A stretch of 63,010 nt of DNA, filler included, from Neolecta irregularis DAH-3 (taxonomy: Eukaryota), in the NCBI GenBank assembly GCA_001929475.1. It is 10 parts of 10 records of this genome, joined end to end, with 100 filler letters (N's around TTAATTAATTAA, not from the genome) between each part and the next. Parts side by side here need not be neighbours in the genome. Positions count along the whole stretch, not along the records: positions 12,092 to 32,235 come from LXFE01000542.1; 9 more parts are not named here. One strand, given 5' to 3'. Positions within the stretch are counted from its first letter, which is position 1. Every line of letters begins with the position of its first letter. A program made the position numbers and the translations under genes. This document shows positions 13,723 through 26,954 of the stretch, one piece after another. Under the pieces are notes generated by a model that made no database searches, was not told where the DNA came from, and saw only the letters and a list, made by a program, of their open reading frames with translations.

Positions 13723-14876
13723 GATATATATTTTTCCGACCGTGGGAACAGTCCTGGACTTGAAGTTGTGAGGAGAGCCCAAAAACCGCAGGGTTGTAAA
13801 AGTTGAAAAGTTGGTTTCATCCGAGACAAAGGCCGTGTTAAATAGATGTTCGTTAGCTGATCGGCTCGCTGGTCCGATTCCACCCCGAACTTCTCCCGGT
13901 CCGTCCACGCGGTCGCAAAGATATTCCGAAGGCACAAGACGGTACAAATTTTGGCGGTATGAAGCGAGCGCGTTTGAAATATTAACCTTTGCCAAGCCCG
14001 ACGCCAAAATACCATTCTAGAGTCTCGATTCACATATTCATAATTTGTACTAGCATGAATAGTGAAAGGTGACGACTGTCAAGATTTTGTAACTAACCGA
14101 GAATCGCCTCACTATGAGTGCATTGGTCTAATGGCCAGTTCTATAAACCAAAGGAATGTTTACAGGTATTAGGTGACACCCGCATTAATATAAACTCTTA
14201 TTCACGTTGCAGACGCAAACAATAGTCAATTGAACAGCCAACCAAACAAATAGAGAAAGCTGTGGTCCAAGTATCCCATTTTGATACTGTATATTACTGA
14301 AGAAAAACCATCTTGCGTAATGTGAACCATTACGTGACTTCATGGTTAAAAAATAGCCGCGATATCGGCCCTAGACAGGGTTATAGTCTTACTCGGACCT
14401 TTCAAGTTGGAAGATTTCTAATTTTAGGTCTTATCAATCATATTACAATACATTCTTGATTGATAATTTGACTTGTTTTCATAAAAAGATGTTACGTAGG
14501 AATTTCGAAGAAAGCTTGCAGTGATTAGGGTGCATTAGATTGAAACACAACTTTTTCGGGGTTTATGTTGTCAACAAACTTGAAGACAGCAAACTCGTTG
14601 GAATTAGGTGTGCTTTACCTGGCACTTACTCTGCCCATTCAGAGAAATCCTTTGAGATTACCATTCCTGATCGTACCTATAAATTCTATCATCGTTGGTT
14701 GTCGCCCCAGATATCGTTGCATGAATCTTCGGTGTACAATTCTTCTTTTACTCGAAAACTCTAGGATCTATCTGTAATCCTTATTCGCATCGTTATGTAC
14801 AATCAGAGGTCAAAGTTTTCGCTGACAGATTCCAAGAAATAGTGAGAATTTTAATTGATAATAGAAGCACGCACAA

Positions 14877-17800
14877 TCACATTTTTCCTTTGGGTGAACC
14901 TATCAACTTCCCAATTGCCTGGCTCTTCATGATATTTCCCTTGATCTTAATTTTCCCTGTCATAAACATCTTCTGAGCGTTTCCTTTTCCATTTGCTAGG
15001 TCAACAAGGTCATTGTCCTCAATGACGATGGTGCAATCCGGCTTGGTAGCCTTACCTAAACCAACGGCTCCTTTTGTCTTGCATGTTAACAAGAACGCCA
15101 ATAGAGTCAAATACCTTTGCGTCTATATACCAAGCCTGTTGTTCTCCAGATGAATTTATAACATCAAACTGGAAGATTGCATTGACTTGCTTTAGTGTTG
15201 AGACTTTCTCCCTCTCGTCAGCAACAGAAAATTGTTTGGCAGCATCTTCAAAGACTTTGGAACAAGCAAACCCTTTGATGGCAATAGACCCAACTGAAGT
15301 CTTTTCAGAAGGATTGTTCGACTTTGAACCCAAGAGTTCTACAGCAGCAGAGGAAATGGCAATAGTATTTCGTTCGACGACTTTGGTTTGGAAGATCACT
15401 TTGTTCCCTTCCTTCCACATTTCGGTTCGCAGGGTTTCACCAGGGAAGACGTGTCCAGCAAACCGAACTTTGATATTCTGGAAAGGTCCAAACTTTTGAT
15501 AGAGATGTTTTCCGCTGATACCAAAACTACATAATCCGTGGAGAATAGGTTGTGGAAATTTCCCTATTTTGCTATTTCGTAAGTATATTTCCCAAAATGT
15601 AGGAAATACGCAAAATCGGGATCGATATGAAGAGGATTTCGATCACCGCTTAGTCGATATATCGCAGATTGCTCTTCCGAAGTCTTCTCTTCAACGACAG
15701 CGTCTGGACTGCGTTTGGGTGGGGTATTCGCAGCAGAAGCATTGCCTCGATCCGCAGATTTCGATGGGCCACCGAATCCACCACTTCCTCGAACAAAGAC
15801 GGTCGCCTGATTCGCAAAGATAGTCTCACCACTCGAATCTTTAGTCTCCGTCGCAATAACAACTGTAGCGGCTTTTTGCTTATCGACGATCTCGACAACT
15901 TTTGAGTGTGTAATGAACTTTCCTGATGTTGGAATAGGGAACTTTTTAATCTCTAGATACTGCTCACCATGGAGCAACATCATCTACATAGTTGACACTG
16001 CTTATGCATATTGGGACTTACAGGAGAAAAGTTTTGTAGGAAATCATCATATGGAGTCGCCACCATCGACGGAAATTGAGGGATGACTCCGAAGGTGGGG
16101 AGGGCTTCAAACTGATCAGCCCCTTCGAACACCCACTTGAGGTCTGTTCGTTTCGCTCCGATCCCGATGTTATATAAGATAACATCTCGATCATTATATG
16201 AGTATTCTATACTATCATACTTGACCTTTCGAGCTTTCGAGATAACATCCTCGACCCCGGAGGTAGAGGTATTGCCTGATATATTGTTCACGTTCTCGAG
16301 AATAGCACTGAAAGAATCTTGAGGACTGTCAGGGTAAGTAGCTCGATTGTCGAAAGTAACGATTTCTTTCCACTTTGCACGAACTTCTTCGGGGTGTAGT
16401 GTTTTGTCAATGGGGAATCCGTATCCAGCCGATCTCTGCCATCGCACTCGGGCAACCCAACCACCGCCAACTTCGAAGATATTTCCAGTTGATGGACACA
16501 TTTCGTGACCGAGAAGGCAGACGAGAGGGGCGACGTAAGCCGGCTTGAAAGCTTGAACCATTTCTTCAGACCAGACGGTTGCCGTCATGTTGGTCCCGGC
16601 GTTTGGAGCAATTACATTAACGAGGATATTGTATTTGGCACCTTCTCTAGCAAGAGCTTTGGTAAACCCAATGAGGCCTGATTTTGCACAAGCATAGTTG
16701 GTCTTCCTTATTAGTAATCGATCTTTTAAGAAGATTTGATACTTGACCAAAGTTTCCATAGAGACCAACCGCGCTAGAAGTATTTAAGACTCGTCCATAT
16801 TTTTGCCTTAAGAAATGAGGCCAAGCTGCTCTGGTAACTTTGTAAGCGCCTCGAAGATGGACTTTAAGAACGTCATCCCATTGTTGATCAGTGATCGCAT
16901 TGAATGATTTATCGCGAAGAATACCTGCGTTGTTGATAATGACATGAATGGCACCGAATGCATCGAGACAAGTTTTGATGACGGCTTCGCCATCTTCGAC
17001 ACTATTTTTGTCACCGACTGCATTGCCGCCGGCAGCTTTTATTTCTTTAACGGTTCCATCAGGATTCATTACATCATTAACTACGACATTGGCTCCCATC
17101 TTCGCGAATAGTAGAGCATAGGCCTTTCCAAGACCTCCTCCGGCACCAGTGACTAATACAGTCTTCCCGCTGAAGTTCAAATTATTGCCTTGTTCATTTT
17201 TTGGTAAATGTTTTGATGCTTCGAGCATTGATACCCAGTCGACATCAGTAACAGCGGTTGGATATGTAGGGTCAGAGAAATCGGTAACTTTGGAAAATTG
17301 TTTGAGGATTGCAGATGAAGTCAATGAATCGTCGGTTTTGAAGAGGGCTCCAGCAGATCGTTGATAGCGAAGCTTTGAATAAAACCCAGCACCAAGTTCG
17401 TAAACTCCGCCGGATTCTTTATTATTTTCGTGAGTGAGAAGTACTACTAATGGGACAACCCATTCTGGTTTCAAGTTCTTGAGAATCTCGGGGGGCATGA
17501 CTGTTTCTGTCATTCGACTGGTCGGTAAGAAATTGATCTCGCTAGGTGTTTACCTGGCTGCTATAGGGACAATGGTGTTAGAGATGATGTTATACTTCGT
17601 GCCTTCTTTTGCAAGAGAATTACTGAATGAGACCATGCTCATTTTCGCAGTCGAATAATTGACTTGGCCAAATGATCCATAGATACCCGCTGCTGAGGAA
17701 GTATTTATTATTCTTCCGTACTTCTGCTTCCGAAATATAGGCCAGCAAGCTCGTGCACACTAATTGGATGAGATGCTGCAGGGTTTAAAGAATTCACTTT

Positions 17801-18300
17801 GTAGGATCCTCGAATGTGTACCTGGACGATGAGGTCCCAATCTTGATCCTTCATGTTCTTGAATGAGACATCTCGCAAAATACCTTCATCAATGAACTTT
17901 GTTTTCCAATCATAACATTATACCAGCGTTGTTAATTAAAATGTGTACCGTTCCAAATGCTTTAACTGCTGTTTCGACGATTTTATCGCCGTCTTCTACC
18001 GAATCGTAATTTGCAACTGCTCTTCCTCCAGCCTTTTTGATTTCTGATTTTCCGTAAAAGGATATCGATAAGAAGGTTACCATCAACTACAACGTCTGCA
18101 GCCTTTGTATTGTTTCCCTCTCCACTAGCTGATACACCTAAATCGTTTACAACGACGTTGGCACCGCGGGAGCCGAAGAAGACGGCATAGGCACGTCCTA
18201 GTCCACCTCCAGCGCCAGTTATCTCGGTCCATCAGCATTCAAGCCAATCAATCTGGGATTTTACAATGACAGTCTTGTTGTCAAAACGAAGTTCAGACAT
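14877..18300 (-). CDS. FOX2: Peroxisomal multifunctional enzyme type 2 (two SDR domains, hydratase 2, C-terminal SCP2 domain)
   Basis: Two [16 protein letters not shown]/YxxAK SDR units; [14 protein letters not shown] hydratase motif; C-terminal [48 protein letters not shown] (SCP2); ends -GKM*. Confidence 0.93.
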
Positions 18301-18534
18301 GGTTGGAACGCGGAGAAATTGGGGCAAACGCCCGTTTTATGGGTCTCGCGTCACATGTCGTCTGCCGAGGTGATCAAACAGGCAAAGAGAAGCAGTTTCG
18401 CCAATTACTCTCTCTTCCAAATACAACCCATTAATGTAATATTCAAACAATTCACAAGAACCAGGACCGTAGATTCGAATTTCATAAATTATAATGCTGT
18501 GTATACACGGTAATCCATCGGACAGAACTCTCTC

Positions 18535-19106
18535 TCAGCTAGCGTATTTCTTAACATATTCCTTTACGTTCTTTTCAAACTTCTTTTTGTCTGTCTTGAA
18601 GACCTCTGCGACCGAGGTAACAAGAGGATCGTCAGGGTTACTATAGATTGAGTTGCCATATACTGCAAAGACTGGTACGGCTCCTGGAACAGCCTGACAA
18701 GATCTTCTAGTACAGCCGTAATCTTGATGCTTGGCTTCCACTCCTCATTCTTGACGATTGACATGCAGATCGCGCCCTCAGAGTCGATGTTGGGGTGGTA
18801 TATACGTGTCTTGAAGGTGATGATAGGTGGTTTGAATGGATACGTATCAGGGAACTCGATATTGAAGGAGAACTTGGCGCCCTAGTCATGATCAGCATAC
18901 GATTCAAAGACAGCAGAGGTACTTTGTAGGGCGTTCCTGCTGGCCCAGTCAAAGTACATTGCCAGGTAGCCAGGTTGCTCTCATTTATATCGATTTTGAT
19001 GTTTGGATTTGGGCTGGAGTTAACCAGCGCAGCATCCTACAGTCTCAGCTGGGAGATGCAGATGACCACACACCTTTGCCAGTCTCTTTGCTGTGGTTGA
19101 AGACAT
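18535..19106 (-). CDS. Ubiquitin-conjugating enzyme E2, multi-exon
   Basis: MSSTTAKRLAK, GPAGTPY, FPDTYPFKPP, YHPNIDSEGAIC (active-site Cys), EEWKPSIKI, PNPDDPL. Confidence 0.88.
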
Positions 19107-19278
19107 GGGCACCGGCCCGAGTGCGAGGCAGGATGCTGGTTGTGGTGGAACCAATTTGGTCCCGGGGGCATCCGGGATTCGGGAAGACCCGGTTACGGCG
19201 ACTTTCTGTAACAATTGCTGTCTATCATACTCCGCTCGCTATGTCTGAACGGTGCAATCGCCCAATGGTCTGCTGCTA

Positions 19279-20180
19279 ATGCCACCTAGAAATATGAACT
19301 GGGCCGATATTGACGACGACTATGATCTTCCCACTCCTGAGATCACAGAGGATCCCGCGACAGGAATTAAAACTATCGTCGAATACAGAATTGACGGCGG
19401 CAAGAAAGTCAAAATCACTAGACGGATTAGATCTACCATCATCAAGGAAAAAGTGAAACATGCCGTCGCAGAACGCAAAAAATGGGCCAAGTTTGGATTA
19501 GAGAAGGGTCGTAAGGAAGGTCCTGATTTGAGTACTACGACCGTCGCCGAAAACATGAATATAAAATTTAGTATCGGTTGGTCAAAGGTTCGCTCTGCAC
19601 CTCGATACTCGCTAAACTTATCATAGAATAAAAAAGAGGAAACTTCAGACGACAAGACAATGCTAGATAAACTCAAAGATAAAAAGGTTACATGTCGAAT
19701 CTGTAAAGGCGATCATTTCACTACTCGCTGCCCCTACAAAGAGAGCATGCCAACTGAAGACGCCTCCGTTTGCGACCCTAACCCTGAGCCCGAACTCTCA
19801 GGTGGAGGCGGGTCTCGATACATTGCTCCTCATATGCGAGCCGGATCTAAACGTGATGCTGCTGGTGATAGTATGTATAGACGGGATCGCGACGATTCGA
19901 CTACCCTGCGTGTTACCAACGTCAGCGAAGATGCTACTGATGAAGATCTTAAGGTTCTTTTTGGACGTTATGGACCAGTAACCAGGGCTTTTGTAGGAAA
20001 AGATCATGCCACTGGTCGTGGAAAAGGATTTGCGTTCATAAATTTCGCAGATAGGGACTCCGCTACCAAAGCTTGTGAGAAAATGGATGGATTTGGTTAC
20101 GATAACCTAATTCTGAGGGTTTGTTATGTAATTTTATCACGACTGATCTTTAGGTGGAATTTTCGAAAGCAAGAGAGTAA
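19279..20180 (+). CDS. TIF35: Translation initiation factor eIF3 subunit g
   Basis: WAD start, HAVAERKKWAKFG, zinc knuckle CRICKGDHFTTRCPYK, RRM TLRVTNVSE..KGFAFINF..GFGYDNLILRVEFSK. Confidence 0.95.
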
Positions 20181-20837
20181 AAGTTTGGTTTTTCTTTACG
20201 TGCAACATACCTGTTTCTCGTTATGACTTCAAATGTTTTCATACAGGTACAGCCAAATACAATTTTATTTTCAGTTGTTCCCTTCAAGTCATTGGATTAA
20301 TGCCCAAGTCACTATATTTGGCCGTCGGTTTAGTAGCCGTTCGGAACATTTTGCCCTACCAAGATCTTATTTCTCCAAAGCTATTACAAACATTGTGATT
20401 GAGACTATTTTCACTGAAGTGGCCCACAATGTTCTTCGTACGAATTGTACTTCATAGATTTGCAACGTAATGTTTTTGATATACAATACTGAGATGTATC
20501 ACATTCCGCCCTCAGTAATCAAACTCCAAACTCTCATCGCCTTTGCTTTCATGAGTACGTCCATTATGTAGGTTGTTGATTTAGGAACTCAACAATAACT
20601 AAGCGCAGTGCAGAAGATTAAGGTTGTTGAACGACTTGGTGATTGTACGACGTCAAATTGAAAAGCTAGCTCTAAAGTGATGGTTTCAACCATTGCGCAA
20701 GATATGCCTAAATGGATTCTGCAACATTGTCTAACCGCAACTTGTGGCACGGAAATGATCTAAACAATCTTACGGGTAATATTTAAGGGCTCTTTTCTGT
20801 TTTGCTTCGTTTAGTTTTTATCAGATTGTATGGGGAC

Positions 20838-20900
20838 TGTAAGTTTTGATACTCCGAAGTACAAATAAGACCGGGTTTATAGTACTAGCCTAAGAATGGC
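20838..20900 (-). mobile_element. LTR end fragment in opposite orientation
   Basis: Minus strand reads ..GTCTTATTTGTACTTCGGAGTATCAAAACTTACA, the family's terminus. Confidence 0.55.
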
Positions 20901-20923
20901 ATTAGAAGATAAAAGGGGGGAAG

Positions 20924-21153
20924 TGTAAGGGTATACAGTTTGGTATACCTCACACACATAACATAGAAAATGGGTATATATATTTGTATACCTTAAATGC
21001 AGGACAAGGATTAAGCAAGGTTATCATGCAGGAACATTGCATTATTTTAAGGAGTTATGTATAGTATATAAGGGAAGTGGATAAGGACTATCTAGCTAAG
21101 ATTCTCATATCTTAAGCTAGAAATATATCCTAGTCTTATTTGTACTGATTACA
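20924..21153 (+). mobile_element. LTR preceded by a polypurine-tract-like sequence
   Basis: TGTAAG...GTCTTATTTGTACTGATTACA; AAAAGGGGGGAAG lies directly upstream. Confidence 0.65.
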
Positions 21154-22574
21154 GTCAGTGTGTCCATCAATCAATCAATCCATGAGGGCTGGAGATTGGA
21201 CCAATTGATCATTGTTACTCTTTTTTTTAATATATTTACATCAAGCAAAATGGAAGTTAGACATGTAGATGAGATTTTAAGATCATTAGGGCAGAGATGG
21301 GCAGGGCAGGAATAGTATAAATTGCTATAGTATGTAGATAATTCTTGATATCTATCTAAATATTAGCAAGGGAACTGACAGGCAGGTGGGCAAGGTGGGT
21401 GGGTGAGACAGGAGAATGAGGCGGGCGCACAGGGTGGGAGAGGTGCACAAGGCAGGCAAGATGGGCGCATGAGGTGGGAGGGGCGCGTGAGGTGGGAGGG
21501 TTAGGAGTCGGGTAGTAGATGTCATCTGCAAAATCAACGGGCGACCCATCTTTTACGGTACCCTCTTGGTTGTACACGGCCTCGCCCATATACCGCTTCC
21601 CAAAGGTTGCCGCATCGATCCCGACACAAGGAGTGCAACCACGGAGAGCTGTGGCACTCCTGACTTCCTAAGTAAGAGATCTATTAAAAGGAATTGAAAT
21701 AAGCTGAGACTGAGAGGAGAGTCGGAGGCAGCTTGTGGGAATTGAGGCATCCTACAGCTGCCTCGAAAGTAGGAATCTATTGAGTTGAAAGTGAGACACG
21801 GATCGGATAAGTGTTCAGAACAAGTGAGAATTTCACCGGCTTTGCAACACTCTACAACTGCGACTCGTGTGACAAACTAAAACCCTTCAGATGTCAGCAA
21901 CCCGGCATCATATATGCTGTCTCACAATCTCTCGAAATTTTTACCGCTGTAATAAGCCTGTGACGGACTGAGAACCTCCTGATGTCTCCAATCCAGCAAG
22001 ATCCCAATCGCTCAACAAATCGTTGGGATGCCAAGACGTCAAGCACTCTCGATGTTAATAGTGTCATCATCCAGGCACCTATCTTGTATACCTCTAGGAT
22101 TGGGGTGGGATATAAGATTTATGGGTATAAAGCTTCATTGAATTTGGTAAACCTCACTCGCTAGACCTTTGAATTGGGTTCAGATTTTTGATCCAGAAAA
22201 CTATCGGACACGTGGACATGATTAGTGTCTTACAATACCTTTGGCGTCGAGAACAGGGTCCCAGTTACAACCCAGTATGTGCCAATAATGATAAATACGT
22301 TATTCACATCCCTACAGTGCTGAGATGGTAATGCTTCGATGAAAACAAAACTTGGGAGGATTGAAATGAAAAGCAAGGCAAGTTTCAGAAAAACTGTACA
22401 GTCTAGATAATCTAATTTCACACTGGTTTCAGTGCTCACAATTAGCCATGAATATCGGTTCTACAACTCCGAGGCGTCGGTTTGTATGTTTCAGCGATTT
22501 TTCGCCCACAATGCGAATACTTAACTCTCACGAGGCCTGCGATTCATCCATCCAGTCTTTTCACTCTGCCCTAT

Positions 22575-23358
22575 ATGAAGTTAAGTCTGTTATTTGCGCT
22601 CCTCCTGACTATGCACTCTCGGGCTACACGGCCAATCCATTTACAAAGTCTTTTGGATATGCCCCAATTTGAAGTTGGACAAGCAGCTACAACAGATTTA
22701 AAATTGGAGCTCCCTAGTCGACCGGTTGTACTCATGTTTCTGGGAGATTTCATAGTACAGTCAAAGTTCTAGATCATATCTGATTTTCCAAAGATGATCG
22801 AATATGGCTCAGTATCGATTGACTGGTTGAAATCCACGATGACCCGCTTTCTGCATGATATTTCAGGAGGTTCTGATTTTGTATCAGACCAGGAAGTTGA
22901 CATTCGCGATGGTATAGTTCATATTGCTGATCTTTTGTGTAATCTTCCAGGAATACCTAGACGTATGATTGCTTGTCCAATTCCGCACACAAGAAACATC
23001 ATAGTATCTGTAGACAACAGTACTTTTCTTTCTTAGACGCAGTTGACCTCCAAGTTGACGAATTATCGTCCGATATGGATGGCTGCACTTTATCAAATAT
23101 TCAAAAATTATTGGATATGACTATTGGGGACTCTGAACTCGATAGATCGCATGATACAGAAGAGGAAGGTATAAACGTAGTCAATATATTGATGCTAATT
23201 GAAACCCAGGACTTTTAGAAGGAGAACCACAGAACGAAATTGACTTTCGAGCTGAACGTATGTTTTATTCTAGCGACCGCTCATCTGACATATTCACAGT
23301 CGAAACATGTGCTAGTATAGTCCATGAATATTGGAACGATATCTTAGAGACAGAATAG
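22575..23358 (+). CDS. Orphan predicted secreted protein, multi-exon
   Basis: Signal-like start MKLSLLFALLLTMHSRA; several GT..AG short introns link acidic exons that end ..WNDILETE*; no family recognised. Confidence 0.5.
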
Positions 23359-23819
23359 AGGTTGATGAATATCTTTCAAGTTTTTTGGCAAATCGGCTTT
23401 TGTTATGACACTTCAAAAACTCTTTGATCTGCATGTCGCCAGGACTCGCAAATTCCCTTTCTCTTTTCTTTCTAGCCTCGATTTTTCGTTATAGACTTCA
23501 CCCTCAGGGATAGTTCTTAGCCGCCTCTGCCCCCGTGAGCCACTCTCCGCCTCAGTTTCAGCCTTTCTCCTCAGTTACCGCTAGAGATTTCTCTGTGTGG
23601 TTTGCTAGAGTTTTTCGGCCTCCCTGTCTTTCACCTGCCTCAAACTCTTTTGTTCTCTTATTTCTCCTCGATCATTTCTCTGTCGAGAGCCTTGCCGGCA
23701 ACGGCTATAAAACGCCCCAGTTTTCTCTCTTGAGATAGCCAATTGTATACCTACTTTCTGCACTTGATCTCGACGATCCTGGGAAGCAATGTACGTCTAT
23801 GCTCACTCTATATATTACT

Positions 23820-23903
23820 ACTAGTTCAACCTAACCAAGTACGAATAGCGTAGGCTAGTTAATACTACGTAGTCTTATTTGTACTCAGGGTTCACCACTT
23901 GCA
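23820..23903 (+). mobile_element. Degenerate LTR end fragment
   Basis: CCAAGTACGAATAGCGTAGGCTAG..GTCTTATTTGTACT..CTTGCA. Confidence 0.5.
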
Positions 23904-23937
23904 AGAACCGTCTTGTTGTGGGGACTCGGAGTTTCGG

Positions 23938-24121
23938 TGTAAGGATATACCCAAAGGGTATATCTTACCAATACGGCAAGGTGGCTTGACGGGAAGTATA
24001 TAATAGATATTCCTAGCCAAGTACGAATACTTAGGCTAGGTATGTCCCTTTGTAAGAAGTACGAATACTTAGGCTAGTTATATCACTTGGTCTTATCGTA
24101 CTTCTAAGCGCATAGCTTACA
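23938..24121 (+). mobile_element. Full-length LTR copy (184 bp)
   Basis: TGTAAG...CTTACA termini; terminal hairpin GATATACCC-AAA-GGGTATATC; two AAGTACGAATACTTAGGCTAG sub-repeats; no matching target-site duplication. Confidence 0.7.
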
Positions 24122-24867
24122 CCAAGTCGCCACAACACCCAACCTTTGGGGTAGCTAAAGGAACTGTCAAGAGAAGCCGCCAGCGTCATGGCCTCGCCCA
24201 TTCATGATAGTCATCGGACTTGCCAACGGGTATGTCACAGGGAGGCAAAGAGGCAAATGACGGTAGTGTGCATATGTGCTGATTTGTATATAAGTAGCGC
24301 CTGGCTAGGCTTTTACGAGATATTCAATATACGCAGTTCTTTTCTAAGGAACAATGCTAGGGTACCCAGTCGAAGTTTCACCCAGCATCAAAGCCAAGTT
24401 CGCGTACTGACACTTGTAATGATTTGCTCCCAAAGAGTTTAGGAAGGTATATGGTGCAACAATCTTTCACCCCACTCGATTGACTCTGATGATTTCTACA
24501 AGTCAATTGGAAGAGATAAATATATTTGTAAGGTATATACATGTAACATCTGCAACCTGAATCACCATAGTTCTTGGCTGGAAGTCATATGATGATGAAA
24601 GACCAGAATAGGTGTTAGGAGAAAAATGTTTTAGTCGGAGATAGTCATTACTCTAATCTACCGGAGATTAGACTCAGAATAGGTTCAACATGCATCAGTC
24701 CAACCGTATCTAAATCGTAGAACATTTTAGCACATAACCCCGAGTCACGTGCACATTCTTTTCTTCCCTCTTCGTTACCCATTAAGGAAATTGCAGGATA
24801 CCAAAATTTCCCCATTCAGATTCTTGTGTTCAAATAAGCCATACCCGGTGTCCAACGACTTGGTCGA

Positions 24868-26677
24868 ATGACGTCGTATCAAAGCCAAGCTGGCTACTAT
24901 CAGCCTATGAGGGATTCCGAATCTTACACTCCATATCAACCGCCAGAGTATTCTCAAAAGCCTCAAGAGGGTGATCAAACATTTGAGCAAAAGTTTGAAG
25001 TTCGCCCGGTATACAACGATGTACGAGTTCCCCTTTCATCATGTCTAATATCTAGGTTTGGGCTGCGATCGCATTTCTACTCGACCTCTTGATCTTCGCT
25101 GGCCTTAGTGGATTCTGCATCAATGCCTATCGAAACACCAGTATAAGAAAACTTAGGAGCGTAAAGTTGACCCCGTAGAAGGTTTTCAGGACAAGGGGAT
25201 ATATGGCCATTCGAGTAATGATTTCTCAATTAATACGTAAGCGTCTCTGTAGAGAATCTCATTTATAAAACCAGGAACACGACAATTCTATTCGCATTTG
25301 TTCTGGTCGTCGCTTTCGGATTGGCTCTTCTCTATCTGGTGCTTGCTCGAATGTTCACTAAAGTATGTTACAATCCAACAAGTTTCAAACCTCATGGGCA
25401 ATAGATGTTTATCTGGGCGACTGGAATCTTTCACGTTCTGTTAGGTCTCAGTTTTGCCGGCTATTATTTCGCCACTCGTTCTTATGGAGCAGCCATTGGT
25501 ATAAGCTATGTACGATCCACCTGGATAACCTCTAGTCCTTGGAATTTTCGCGATCTTTTATGGTATCGCTTTTGTGACCTGGATACCTCGAATTCCTTTT
25601 GCAACTCAAATCCTCCAATTCACCCTGGACGTATCGCGATTCTACAAGTCGGTTTATCTTGTTTCTTTGTGCGGTTTGCTTGCTCAGATGAGTTTCACGG
25701 CCTGGTTTGCGGTTACTCTTATCAGCGCTTATGTCAAATTCGACCCAGAGACTAACAATCCTGGCTGTAAGCAGACAGGCAGTAATTGTGGAAAGGGGAG
25801 TTTGATCGTGGTCCTCGTATTCTTAGGTACATTCAGAAAATCCACCTTTGGACTGACTCGTTTAGTCTTCAGTGCATATTGGATAACCGAAGTTATCAAG
25901 AATTTAGTTCACACTACTATCTGTGGTGTGTACGGTGCATATTATTATGTTTGTATATCTTTTCTATTTTATTCTGACAGTCAGGGTCTCAATAGTCCAC
26001 AAGGACTACCGCGACATGCGACTCTAGGCTCGTTCCAACGTGCTTCTACTTACAGTTTCGGGAGTGTATCCTTCGGCTCCTTGATTGTTTCGCTCATCCA
26101 ATTACTTCGGACTCTAGCGTATGAACTTTTGTAATACAGTTCCTCACGTCACAGTTCGATTGGCGAACAGGACGCTCAACAACAGGGCTCAACCGGACTC
26201 ATGATAGTCTTCACTCTTTTTAGATGTCTCCTCGGGTTCATTGAAGGTCTTGTTCAGTACTTCAATCATTACGCATACACTCAGGTGGCACTATACGGGA
26301 AAAAATACATCCAAGCAGCCAAAGATACATGGTCTTTGATCAAATCGAAAGGAATCGATGCTATTATTAATGATTGCCTTATCGATAATGTTCTGACAAT
26401 GGGGACTGTCACTATCGCATACATTTGCGCCTTCCTCTGTTACCTGTATCTCAAGTTTACCAAACCAGGGTACAACACTGACGATGCATTTACACCGGTG
26501 ATTATGGCATTTGGGTTCTTGGCTGGACTACAAATTGGAAACACTGCCACTGTCACGATCAAGAGTGGAACTGCAACCTTGTTCGTCGTGATCGCCGAAG
26601 ACCCTGCTGTTCTAAGAAACTCATTTCCGCTTATCTACGAGCGAATCATGCAGCGCTATCCTGGGTTTTCTATGTAG
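24868..26677 (+). CDS. PNS1: Choline-transporter-like (CTL family) plasma-membrane protein, multi-exon
   Basis: TFEQKF..PVYND, RIPFA, YWITEVIKNLVHTTICGVYG, TYSFGSVSFGSLIV, YFNHYAYTQVALYGKKYIQAAKDTW, GIDAIINDCLI. Confidence 0.92.
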
Positions 26678-26954
26678 GCAGAGAAGCGGTTAAGGATACA
26701 TGAGGATGAGTAGATGCTATATGATGTAGCTTAGGGATGTTTAGAATGTTTCCCTTCTGTACCTGATTTATTTGTCCCACGACCATCTCCCGTGAATTTC
26801 CGATATTTGTCAACCAACCCCCGCATTCTCACCAAACACGACTTGGGGCTGACATTCCACAAATATTTCGCTCGGTCACCTCTAGTACATTTTTGGGTTC
26901 TCTCATTCAGCTCGTATTCACTTAAATTGATATCAGTCGTTCATTACAAACGCA

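Noticed and set aside
20858-21146. Apparent MITE with AGTACAAATAAGAC terminal inverted repeats
   Set aside because: Better explained as two LTR-family pieces in opposite orientation, each continuing to its own TTACA end.
21352-22439. Short minus-strand ORF fragments that might form a spliced gene
   Set aside because: Could not assemble a consistent exon chain or recognise a domain.
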